From assembly GCF_009914755.1 (NCBI RefSeq), contig NC_060940.1: a DNA stretch of 64,000 nt; one strand, written 5' to 3'. The notes under the pieces were generated by a model. It was not told where the DNA came from. It ran no database searches and worked only from the letters and a program-made list of their open reading frames with translations. This document shows, in pieces, positions 14,539 through 27,139 of the stretch. The stretch comes from the human T2T-CHM13v2.0 reference genome, Homo sapiens. The translations under genes and the position numbers were made by a program. How positions within the stretch are numbered: position 1 is the stretch's first letter; every line of letters begins with the position of its first letter.

Positions 14539-14797
14539 GATAAATACAAGTGATATACTGGGAGACCTGATATTTTGTATCTTTCATGACTTTTACACTG
14601 GATCTGTCCCACTGACTGGATCCAGGACCCCCTATTAACTTTGCTGACCCCTCAGGTCCCCTCCATCAGGTTTTCCCTGTGCAGTTGTCTCTGAGAGGCC
14701 CAAGGCCGGATGGCCACACAGGCCAGGCTGGGGTCGTCCATGCCAAGCAGTCCCATGGGCCTCTCGCCTCACCACACCTTGCCTGTTTGCTCTGCAG

Positions 14798-14985
14798 GCC
14801 CCAGCGCCTTCACAGAAGCCGTGGCTTACATCCAGGCCCAGTACGAGAGCAAGAACAAGTCAGCCCACAAAGAGATCTACACCCACGTCACCTGCGCCAC
14901 GGACACCAACAACATCCAGTTTGTCTTTGATGCTGTGACGGACGTCATCATCGCCAAAAACCTGCGGGGCTGTGGACTCTACTGA
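14798..14985 (+). CDS. GNAO1: GNAO1 alternative terminal exon 8B coding part (GoB C-terminus ...TCATDT...KNLRGCGLY*)
   Basis: ctgcag|GCCCC acceptor; 188 nt to TGA; TCAT G5 box; C-terminal CGLY carries the pertussis-toxin target Cys. Confidence 0.96.
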
Positions 14986-17900
14986 GCCCAGCCGCCCTGC
15001 CCGGCACCCTTGCCCTGCCTGGCCTGCCGCCCCCCCTCCCCTGGAACCAGGCTCCACCACTCTCAGACCACTCTTTGCACTTGAGGAAGAAGACCTCAGA
15101 GGCTGGCACCAAGGGAGGGAGGAGGGAGCATCCTCCACCCGCACCCCCCAACAGAACTTGTGGTAACGCAGGGGCGGGGCGGGGCTGCTGAGTGCATGCT
15201 GCAAGGCCAGGAGACTCCACGCTCACAGCCTCTGTGTCATCTCTGAGTGCTTGATCGGGAAGCTGGGGGGACAGGGCAGGGCCCAGATGGGCACACCCTG
15301 CACCTGATGACTCACTGGAAGCCTCGGAGTGTCCTCCTGTCATCTTGGGTGGTGCAGGGGCGCAGATGGCCCTGCAGCAGGGTGCTGGCAGGGTGGGGTC
15401 ATAGGAGCCATCCTTCAGCTTTGCCTGGGGTCTCTGGTGGAGGGCAGTTCCGTCAACAAAAGCCAGGGTGGGATCAGGCCAACTTGGTGTGGGTTGGAGG
15501 ACTCAGGCCTTGGCGATGGCCTCCGTCTCCCTGCTCCCTCCCCTGGGTCTCAGCCCTTCCTTCTCTGGGTCATCCTCCCTTGCCTTTGCTCTCCCAGAGA
15601 ACTCCCATCCCTGACTCCTCCGAGTTCTGGAAATGCTTCTTGAGACTGATTTATGGCTCAGATAGATGGTGGCGTGGAGCGGGGGGAGGGAGAGATGGGA
15701 GGTGCGGGGAAGGGAGGTGGAAGCTCCTGTGTCACCTGGGCTGGGGCCTCCCGCCCAGTCCTCGCAGGCCAAAGGGTGACCCATTTCTTTTTTCCAGTCA
15801 CCAGGAGCTCGGATGGTCACTCTGAGGTGTGAATAGATATGTTTTTCCTTCAGTCCACACTGAATTCAACTCAAACCAGCAAAGGCCTTTGGGCTGGGGA
15901 TTCTGTGGTTGCAGAGGTCTAGAGGGGGTGGACTTTTGCAGCCAGTGCCTCCGCCTCACCGTCTTGGTGAAGAAATCAGCGAGTTTGTTCACAGCCGTTG
16001 GTGTCTTCCCAGCCCCTGGGGACAGAGGACAGCAGGGGGATGGAGCTGACACCCTGGAGTATTTGGACCCAGGCCAGCACAAACACACCCCCCTGTCCCC
16101 AACTCTAAAGGGAGAGTCCTAGGACTCCTTAGAGGAGGCTTCACTGCGGAGATCCCTGAGCAGAAGGGGGCGGGGTAGCTTCTCCCGGTGACGGTGACGC
16201 AGGTCTGGCTGGCCTTGGGCAACCAACACACCTCTCCCACTCCAAGATGCCTCCAGGTGGCTGAGGCCAACGCCCACACCCAGGCCAGTCGTGTGCTTGT
16301 ACAGCAGGCTGTGCCTGGGGACCTAGATGTGCCATGGGAGGGAGGAGGGTACCCACTGACAGGCCTCTGCCTCCCTCCTCAAGCCCTCTGTTCTCCCTGC
16401 CCCCACTCTGGACACTGCTTAGTCCCCAGCCAGGCAGGGCCCCTGGGTTTCCACTTGCAGCCCCCGGACTGCCCCAGAGCCGGGAAGCACCAGTGCCAAC
16501 AGCTCTGGACTTGTTGGACCCACAGGCACAGAGCTCTGAGTGGTGCCCAGGAGACCCAGGAACCTTCCCTAGTGCCAAATGCCTGCAGGGACCGGTGCCT
16601 GGGGAGCCTCTGGCAGCCGGACTGCAGGAGCCACCCCATCAGCCCAAGTCCACCTCTGTTTTGTTCACCTCGGTCATGTTTTGGACCTTGCACCAGGTGC
16701 TGGGACGTGGCAGAGGACAGGCCCTGGGAACCAACAGTGTCCTACCATGGACAGCCAGGGCCAGCTAAGCTAAGCCATCCCGCCCAACACAGAAGACATG
16801 GCAGTTATTTCTCAGCAGCACCACGCTGGGTGAGGCCAGTTGTTCCGCTTACTCTGCTCCGAACTGTAACCCCAGGCTCAGAAGCAGCCGGCAAAAGGGG
16901 GATGCTGGCCACGCTCCACCTCTAAGGCCATCACCCTGGAGGTGGAAGTCACTGGGCTGGAGGGCTCTCCATGTCCCCCAGCAGCCGCCCTCAGAACACA
17001 GTGGCCAGAGCACCAGGCTGGGTCCAGGCCTCCAATCCAGGCCTTCCCTGTCCCTAGAATTGGGGCTGGAGGAGTGGGTGCTCAGCCCTTCCTGCCCTCC
17101 ATCCCCAGCCTGCCTTTCTCTTCCTTTGGATGCTCCATCCTCCTTGGTTTCTTGCACTGCTCTCAATCCTCCCACCCTAGCCTGGGGGTGGTCCTTGGTC
17201 CTCAGGGGTATCCGGGGAGAAATTCTCTCCCTGTGCATGACACCTGTCATCCATGTCGTAACCAGCGGCTCCATCTTGTGGGGTGGTGACTGAGGGTGAC
17301 AAATGAGATTTGGCTCCGTCGTGGATGTGGATGTGGGAGGAATGTTGCGAGTGACACGTGTGGGTTTCTAATCCACAGTGGTCCTGCGTGTGCCCTGAGG
17401 GGCCATGGTAACCTCTCCGATGGCTCGGATTTAGCAGGCCAAGCAGAAACTGATTTCTACGAAGAGCGTCTTTGCCAAACTCATGAAAATTGTGCCTGCC
17501 ACTTTCATGCCTATGGGCCAGTTTTGTGACCTGCGCCGCTGACCATCCTAAGAACCAGGTCTTGGCCTTCCCTCTGAGCACTGATAGAGGTCCCCAAGGC
17601 TCTCTGGCCTGAGGAGGGTGTGGGATCTGCCCAGCCCCAAGCAGAGAGCACAGTCTGGGCCCCTGACCAACAGCTTTGGCATTCTGGGTTCCATGGGGAC
17701 CCTAGAGCTCAGGCAGAAGAACAACACCATACCTGCTGCCAGGACGCAGCTGTCTCCCAGGCCCTCCCCACAGCCCAGCTCCCACTGGCAGGAACTGGAC
17801 ACATCCCTGCCCTCCATGGTCTGCACTGGTCTTCTCTGAGTATTCTTAGGAGCAGAGGCAGCCCCAAGTTCCAACTTGCAAGCCCTGTAACTAAGCTGTC

Positions 17901-19235
17901 TATAAACCCCAGCAGGGAAGGCCAAGGGATGGTCTCACCCATGCCCTTCCCTTTGGCCAACATGAGTCCTGCAGTGGGGAGCTTAGCCCCTGCTCCCACC
18001 TAACACTCTACAGTTAGCACCCAGGGGTTGATTCAGGAAGTTCTTCCTTTTTCTAGCCTGCATCCTTCCTGGCCACCCCCTTTATTTCTCAGTCTGACCT
18101 GGTGCACTCTTGGCAAGTGAGTCCATTGCAGTCCCAGGTGGATATTTAATGAGCACTCGGACTGTTTCCTCCAAGTCAGCTAGTGGCCTGCCCTCCTCCT
18201 TTTCAAGAAGTCTGGGGCACAGAGCCTCCTCTGGCTGCCTCTTCTCTTCTCTGAGCCTCTGGGAGCCTTCAGGCAAAACCTGGCAGTTCTCAGGAACCCA
18301 GACCTGAGGCTCCAGCTCCTCGGCCACCAGAGATTCAGTGTGCAGTGCCGAAGGCAGTCACCCCCAGGCAGTTCCTGCTGTCAGGCCGCAAGCCTAGAGT
18401 GCAGGATCCCAGCAGCCCAGGGAACAGGGCCGGCATGTGAGCTGCTGCCGTGGGGTCTGTGGTAGGGCTCCCCATCTCCCACCCCTCAGCAAGAAGAGTC
18501 CTGACCCCTGACCCCACCCTGCCCAGAGAGGAGCTGGGGCCTCCAGACAGACCCCACTGCAGCCAGATGAAGGCCCCTGTCAAAGAAGGGGCAGGCTGGG
18601 GGAAAAGCAGAAAGAATGGCCCCCAGTCCAAACTCCTGGATCCCCTCCATGAGAGAGGGGCTCCCCCGGAACAGAAGCTCTCATCCCCAGGCCCAGTGCA
18701 CAAGACCACCAGCAGAGACCCACCGCCCTTCCTGGCAGAGCACCACTTCCTGGCAGTGCAGCTCCGAGGCACCACTACTGTCCTCCCCTTCCCTCCCCAC
18801 CCCTCCCCTCCCTTTCCCTCTTCTCCCCTCCCCTCCACACCTGCCCTGTTACTCCCACAGCTCTGGGCAGCCAGGCCCTCCCCTCCTGCCTCCTGGTCTT
18901 CTCTACTCCGCTGGTTCTGACCCATCCCCTGGCTCTGCCCGCCGTCCCCCACCCTGCCCCTGCTGAGTATCTTCTTCCTCCCCACGCACCCCCCTCCCCC
19001 ATCTAGGCGAGGTGGGCTCGGGCGTCCCAGGCCCTCCTTAGAAAAGCCGTCTCTCTCGAGTGCAGTGGTCCCACCTCCCAACCCCATCACTGCTGCCCAC
19101 CCCATATTAACTGTAATTTTGTAAGAAGAGTGACTTGTTGGTTTAATAAATCTCTAGTTATTGTAATAATTTATTGGCTGCCATAATGTATTTATTAGTC
19201 GCCTACCGTTAATAAAAAGTGCCCGCTTTCCTAGC
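14986..19235 (+). other. GNAO1: Probable long 3' UTR of the GoB isoform (continuation of exon 8B)
   Basis: The first AATAAA hexamers I found after the 8B stop are at 19145 and 19211, in an abruptly AU-rich block followed by a GU-rich tract (gtgagtgtgatgtgttgt). The end point is approximate. Confidence 0.6.
19145..19216 (+). terminator. Tandem poly(A) signals for GoB mRNA (AATAAA 19145-19150 and 19211-19216)
   Basis: Two canonical hexamers with TGTA/U-rich upstream context and a GT-rich downstream element at about 19236-19253. Confidence 0.7.
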
Positions 19236-21924
19236 GTGAGTGTGATGTGTTGTCAGGGCCCAGGGAGCTCCTGCCAGGTGCACTTGCACGATGTGTGTCC
19301 TCGGGCCCTGCCCCATCCTGGTCCCAGGACTGCTGGCAGCCTGGCAGAGTGGGCACACTCCTGCTGGGGACAGAGGATCAGGGCGACTGGGCGCCCTGCC
19401 CCCCTGTCAGGATCGCCATCTGGTGGGAAGTTGCTCCGTTCTGCGCCGAGCCACCTTCCTGTCCTGGAGAGCTTGGTGGCCACCTGGACACTGCTGTGGG
19501 TGACGTGGCAGTGGCCATGGTTGCGCTGGCACTGCTTCCTGCTGCTCCTGGGCCTCCACTGCAGCCTGGGGCAGGTGGAGGTCTAGGGGGTTGGCTGTCA
19601 GCCATCTATGATCTCTGACTTCTTTCTCTTTTCTCAAATGGTGGTATCTCTTCTTTGAATGTACCCCGGCGTCTGCTTCCTCTGGGGAGCTTGTAAGGAT
19701 GAGCTGTGCTCTCAGCTCCTTGGCAATGGGTTCCAGGCAGCGTGCCGAGGGAGGGCAGTCAGGCCTGGGGGGCTGGCAGGGGTCTCAGTGCCGGCGCCTC
19801 CCCTGCCCTGCAGGATCTCCCCTCCTCACTGCCCTCCCCGAGTCTCCAGGATCAGCCGCCTTTTGGGGCTCCCTCCAAGGCCCTCTCCCCATAAAACCAG
19901 GTTTGGTTATGCCTGTCCTCTGCTCCCCAAGTCCTCCCCTGCACTGCCACTCCTGGGACCACAGACTGTGATCATCTTTCTCCAGCTGGACTCTGAGCTC
20001 TCGGAGAGCAGGAGCCTGATGTGGTCATTCTTACATCCTCGGGGCAGCCCAGCAGAGAGCCCTGCACACAGATGCCAGGCAGTACTGACTGGAGGAGCGA
20101 GTGTGGTGTGAGTCGTGCTCTGTGGCCCTGAGATGTAGGGGCTGTGGCGGGGGCTCAGCCTTAACCAGTGGAACTGTGGAGCCTAAATGAGCCGGACTTG
20201 ATTTCTCCTCCACACCTAAGCTCAGTGGCCAAGGGGGCACAGTCCCCACTCCCAGCTCAGGTCACTCTAGTGGCTGCTCCTGGCAGTGCCTGGGAAGATG
20301 TGCAGTGGAGGAGGGAGCTTGGCTCTGGCTGTGGGTTTCCAGCTCTCTGTTAGGCAGCTGCAGGCCAAGGTGGCTCTGTGGAGTGGGGAGCATGTTCCTG
20401 TGGAATCCTTGGGGTCTCAGAGCCTCACCACTCTGGCCTCATAATGTGGCTCAATGAGCTTGAGTGTGGACAGCCCGAGGCCCTGGACACAGGTTCACTG
20501 GGCCTCCCAGAAGCCTCCGGCTGCCCTTTTCTGAACAGATCCCAGTGAGGTGGCTCAGGGCAAGCGAGACCTGCTCCTCCCCGGAGGGATCACACAGATG
20601 ACAGGGAAATGCTCCTGGGGAATCAGAATGAAATTTACTGATTGAGGATAGGAGAGTGATGAGATCATATGAGTTTACTGAATCTGTTTAGCAGAATGAA
20701 AGGGCAGTGCCGTGTACTACAGCTCCTGGGGGGTGGGGAATAACGCCATGCCAGCTGTCCAGGTGCCCCTGAGAGGCAGCTGAGAACGCTGCCCTCCGCC
20801 GACCAACTTCAGCTAATAGGAACCAGGGGCTGGGGCTGGCCGCCTCTACAGGTCATGGTAGAATGATGTAGGCACGGGGGAGATACTGAAGGGAGGACTG
20901 GCCGTAAGACGCACGGAGCCCGCCATGCTGCTGTTAGTATCGATTCCTCGAAAGCCCCACAGCCTGCTGATATGGACTGGAGAGACCCATTGCATAAGTT
21001 CTGGATCTGGCCCAGCTGTGTCACCGCGGTGTCCCCTCAGGCCAGATGAGGTTAAGTGACATGGGCAGGGAGAGCGCTGGCACAGTGTGGGCCTCAGTGA
21101 CTGGTGTGGTCACTTCATCTTCATTGCCCTCCTTCTGCTCAGAGGGGGGCGGTGTGGCAGTGGGACCAGCAATTCCTCAGCACCCACGGTGTGCTCACCC
21201 CTGGGGGAGGAGGTCATCTCCCCGTAGATGCCCAGTGGCATCTACACCAGCTGTCTTCTTTTTCTTGTTACTTGTGTCACTCTTCTTATTTCAGAGGTAG
21301 AGTTTAGCCTGGTTCACCTCTGGGCTTTAGATCCAGAGAGCTGGGTTTACAGTGAGCAAGTTCCCAGGGCTAGGACAGGGTTCTTGGGGAAAATAAGGGA
21401 AACTGTCCCTTCCTCCCACTCCCTGTGCAGAAATGGATTCGTTCACAGAGAAAGATGCCCTCTGTGCTGCTGAGAGACAGACTCTGCCCAAGTGAATGAG
21501 CTCAGCGCCCCAAAGCAGAGTTTTTGCCCAGGGCAAGAGGCTGCCCCCGTTCGGCATCTGTGGGGCGCCCATCACGTTCATCCATTTGCTAAACAGGCTC
21601 CTGTGTGCAGGGCAGCCCTCCACATCTGCCTTGCTTAGAACATCATGCAGTGTCAGATGCAGCTGAGTAGGACCCAGCCAGAGGAGGTGTGGCCAGTCCC
21701 CCAGGTGCTCCTGGAGGTGGCCCTGCCAGGAGCCTCTCCCCTGAGTGGTGGCACCCAGGATGCTGGCAGGACCTGGCATGCCTTCCCCTGAGACCATAGG
21801 AAGGGCCCGGAGTCTCTCACCACTCCCAGAGAACATCCCCCCACCCAGGATGGGCCCAGGAGGAGAGGTCTAGGCAGGAAGGGCCAAAGCCCAGCTCTCC
21901 GGCTCCGGTCCAGACTCCCCCAAC

Positions 21925-22098
21925 GCCCACACACACAGGCACACACACAGGCACGCACACACACTCAAGCACATGGATGCACACAGGCATGCACACACAG
22001 GTGCACACACATAGGCACACATGCACACGAACACACACAGGCACACATAACAGGTGCATGCACACACACACAGGCACATGCACACAGCCACACACACG
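21925..22098 (+). repeat. Degenerate CA-rich simple repeat (cacacacagg/catgcaca units)
   Basis: About 170 nt of interrupted (CA)n; the source of the Cys/Val-rich spurious ORFs on the minus strand. Confidence 0.9.
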
Positions 22099-22273
22099 TG
22101 TGCTGGGAGACCCTCACATAGCTGGGAACTCTGCAGTGGGGAGAGCCCGGGTCACCCTGTCCTCAGCCTCCCCAGAGAGCCATGGCTGGTGTCCAGTCCA
22201 GTCTCTGCCTCTGGCCCCGACATGACGGGTTCTCCGGAAGCAGGGAATGAGATGTGCTGTGAGGTGTAACTGA

Positions 22274-22783
<510 letters not shown>

Positions 22784-25368
22784 TAAGATATATGTGTTAG
22801 GACCAAGTGACTCAGGAGTGGTGGGGAGCAGGGGGCAGGACAGGATCACAGGCTTCCCCCTTCCTCCTGGTCACCCTCTAGAAGAGGTCTCAGGACAGCC
22901 TCCTGTAATCTCAGCAGTGGCCTCCCCTCACCCCTGCCCAGAGCCCCACAGCACCTTTGCATGAAACCGAAAAGTGGACACGTGGCCTGTGAACAGGGCC
23001 TGGACTGCCTCTTGGCCCCACCTGCTTTCCCTGCTCCCTGCTTTGGTGCCCGGAACATGCTTCATCTCTGTGCAGCCGCCCAGCCAGACCACTCCACCCA
23101 TCCCACATCGTGCCTGCCCTCCCTCCCCAACCCCAGCCCCATTGCGCCTCCTCTCTCCCCTTCTTCCTTCGTCCCTGGTCTTTGCCCCAAATCCAACCAC
23201 TCCAGCTATCTGCAAGCCTCCTGTATCACTGCCTCCCTTTCTTCTGCCTTCTCTGGGGCTTTCTTCTTGCTCTCAGGGGAATGTGTCACAGACCTTCCCC
23301 CCCACCCGGCTCAATGACGCTCTTTCCAAATGGATGGATGAGGGATGGTGGCTTCCGTGGAATGGGCCAACTCTGGGCTACTGCTAATGCCTAAAAGCAG
23401 CACTGATGGGATGCCAGAGCCCAGCCCTGGTCCCTCTAGGGGCTGGGAAGCTTCTAGGGGTCCCTGGGGTAGGAGTTGCCTTTGCAGACTACAGAGTGCA
23501 CAGGGCCAGCACCCTGCCATGGAGGAGGAGGTGTCCTGTCATCCGCCAGGTCAGGGCACAGGTTGGCTCGGCCAGGAACCCATGTTCTGACAGCCCTGGA
23601 GTAAGGCTTTGGGCATGGGCTCAGTCTCAGGGCCACACGGGTCCCCAAGCTCAGCCACAGGGTGCCTACATCCAGCATAGGTCGATGCTGGTCTCCCCAC
23701 CCTTCCCCACAGCTGGGAGCAGTGTGTGAAGAAGGGCTGTCAGCTTGTTCTGAGCACAAACCGTGTCCTCACTGATGGTCCGTGCTAATGTGAATTTGCA
23801 AGGTTCTTGCCCTTCCCAAGGTGCAGAGCAGGAGGTGGGGCCAGGAACTGTGCCCTGCACTCGAGGCTCTCCAGCAAAGTCCCAATAGGGCAGAGAGCCC
23901 AGGTAGCCTCTGGAGCCAGACCACCTGCAGCTCAGCAAGTTGCTCAGTCATCTGTGCCTCATTCTAATCTGGTCAACACAATGGGTAATCATGCCCACCC
24001 CAAGGGTGACTGGAAGGACAGCTGCTTGGTGCCAGGTCTACTGAAGTGCTGGCTGTGGCTGCCATTGGTATTATTCAGAGGATGGAAACTAGGGGAGGGG
24101 GAACTGGCCACGGAGAAGGTGCCCTCTGCAGGATGGAGTGAGGGCAGGAGGGCACAGGACAAGCCCTGAAAGGCCAGCCCCAGGTGGCCCTTGGGCAGAG
24201 CCAGGCTGTAGCCCACTCTGGCAGCCACTCCTGACCTCTCCCAGCCACAACGATGGAGTCCAGTAGGCCCCCTCAGGCCAGGGCTACCCTCAGAGACAGG
24301 CCCAACCCTACGGCTCTTTCTTGCCCAGTGTCCCACTGGGGCCTGACTTGGGAGTGGCCAGTCTCACTGCTGTGGAGTGCAAGCACTAGATGCCCCAGCG
24401 AAGGGCAGTTGGAACCTGAGAAACAAGTTCTCCAGGGCCTTCAGAGGAATCCAGTTTGAATTCAGGTATCATGGATGACAGATGGTCACCAGTGCAGTGG
24501 CCCCATGGAGTGCAAACCTGTGAGGGCACAAAACAAGCAGCAGGGGTGGGACGGGAGGTGGCCGGCTGTCTAAGGGACGTGTGGGCCAGCGTGGCTGGGT
24601 GGCAGCAGGGCTGTGTGAGGACGCTGGGCTCGGCAGACACAGCGAAGGCACGAGGCGCTCCTCCCACCTGGACGGCTTCCTGTGGCCACCTTCCACCCTG
24701 GGCTGTGCCCAGTTCGGCTCTCTCCAGACAGGAAGCTCCTGGGCAGGGTCCACACGGGCTGCTTTGTCCAATCCTTAACAGCTGTGCTGTGGGCTTGGCA
24801 TCTCTGCACCAGTGGATCAAGGATGAGGCTTTGCACTGTGGGTCCAGGCACTCCTGCTGGGCTGCCCAGAGCTGGTCTCAGCCATGACAACCCACCCAAG
24901 GCTGTCCCAACCCCCTGCCCCTTGCCCCTTGTACACCCAAGGAATTGGTGGGGACAGAGGGCCCCCAGTTGGCATCATACATGCTGATGTCCCCTTAAAC
25001 TTCCCACCTTGGGGACATCAATGCCCCAATGTCCTGGCCACTCGCTTAAGAACCACGCCTACTAATGATATGCTGCCAGCCCTGCCAAGTGGCCTCTTCT
25101 TAAAGGAAACCAATGAGGAAGGAGTGCAGGTCCCTCTGAGTGCCCACCACCCTCTTGGGCAGGCCTCTCTCCAGACTTTGTTTTCATGGTTTACTGGAAT
25201 CAGCAGGATTGGTTTAGACCATGGGGCGGTGCCTCAATTTGCTCATCTAGGAAGCAAAAGCGTTCATCTGTGGCCACTGCTGTCCCAGGCGGGGCTTCCG
25301 GGTGGATCTGGTGTGAAAACAGTAAGAGATCTTGCAAAGTCCAAAGCCAGGCAAATGCTCAGCCTGTG

Positions 25369-26087
<719 letters not shown>

Positions 26088-26156
26088 CCTCTTGTCCTGT
26101 ATAGCAACCTATTTGGTAATGATTCCAGCACCCACAGAACAGCTTGCGTGCGCGCG

Positions 26157-26158
<2 letters not shown>

Positions 26159-26192
<34 letters not shown>

Positions 26193-26276
26193 ACTAACAA
26201 ATGCAAGTTGGTAAATAAACTTTAAAGAGGCATAACAAAACCTTATATATATATATATATATATACAAATATATAT
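26159..26276. repeat. (CA)n and (TA)n microsatellites in the GoA 3' UTR intron
   Basis: (CA)n at about 26159-26190; (TA)n at about 26244-26265. Confidence 0.9.
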
Positions 26277-27139
26277 TTAAAAAATCTTTTTAGTTTGTAC
26301 TAGAAAGAGCTGCGGACAGAACTGACCACCATCCCATAGCTCATGGAGGTTTTCCTGGGACGGCACGTGAGCATGCACGTGTGTGTGTGTACACACACTC
26401 ACACATGTCCAGATGGGAGCTTGGTTTGGGAGTCCCTCCTTTTGAGGATAGCCCCGGGGTGTTCCTCTCAGCCCCATTTCTGAGAACAGGTGAATGGCAG
26501 AACAGCCCTGGCCTTGGCCCAGCCAGCTCTCTGTGTTGCGCCCTTAGAGCCTCTGCGCCCTCAGTTCCGTCCTGCTCTTGGCAAATTCCAGACCCTTTCA
26601 GAAATGGCCGAAGCCCTAAGCCTCTCCTCACTCTGCACTCCCAAAAACAGAACAATTTAAGGATGCTTCTCTTTCGGGTGGTGGTGGTTGTTAATTTCAG
26701 GAATTTAGAAGAATCATTGCTCCGACCAATCCACTGTCTCCTGAGTTTTCTTTATTCATGTTAAGATGGCAAGAATCAGAGAACAGGGAGACTTGGTCTG
26801 CTTTCTAAAAGCAGCCGACAGGAGGGGACTCAAGTTCACCTGCAGAGTTGAAACCAGCCCCGCTCCAAGAGGGCATGTGGGAAGGTGGGGAGCGAGGGGA
26901 ACAGGCGTGGCGGGGAGGGCCGGACTTGTGGGCCTGACCCGAGTCAGGGTCTCGGGGGGGGCCAGGCTTCCCCAGGTGCCCGGGATGGGCTTCAATGGGG
27001 TTCCTGACCCCTCGTGCTGCTGCCCCATCTCGCCCAACCCCAGCAGTAGTCAAAATGTTCTAGGGTTTTTTGGTTGGTTGGTTGGTTTTTAAAATCAAAG
27101 AAAATGGTCAGACTGGACCCCTTATCTCTCTCTCTACAG

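Noticed and set aside
11869-14985. Exons 7B/8B as a pseudogene or separate gene
   Set aside because: Intact frame, canonical splice sites and correct phase with exon 6; this is the known alternative isoform.
15247-19105. Long ORFs (192-256 aa) at 15247, 16188 and 18335, and the similar ORF at 6522
   Set aside because: Low-complexity Pro/Gly/Arg translations typical of GC-rich UTR or intron sequence; no domain motifs and no supporting splice structure.
20655-20773. Possible C/D snoRNA (GTGATGA ... CTGA)
   Set aside because: The nearest D box is only about 20 nt away, and the distal one has no terminal stem.
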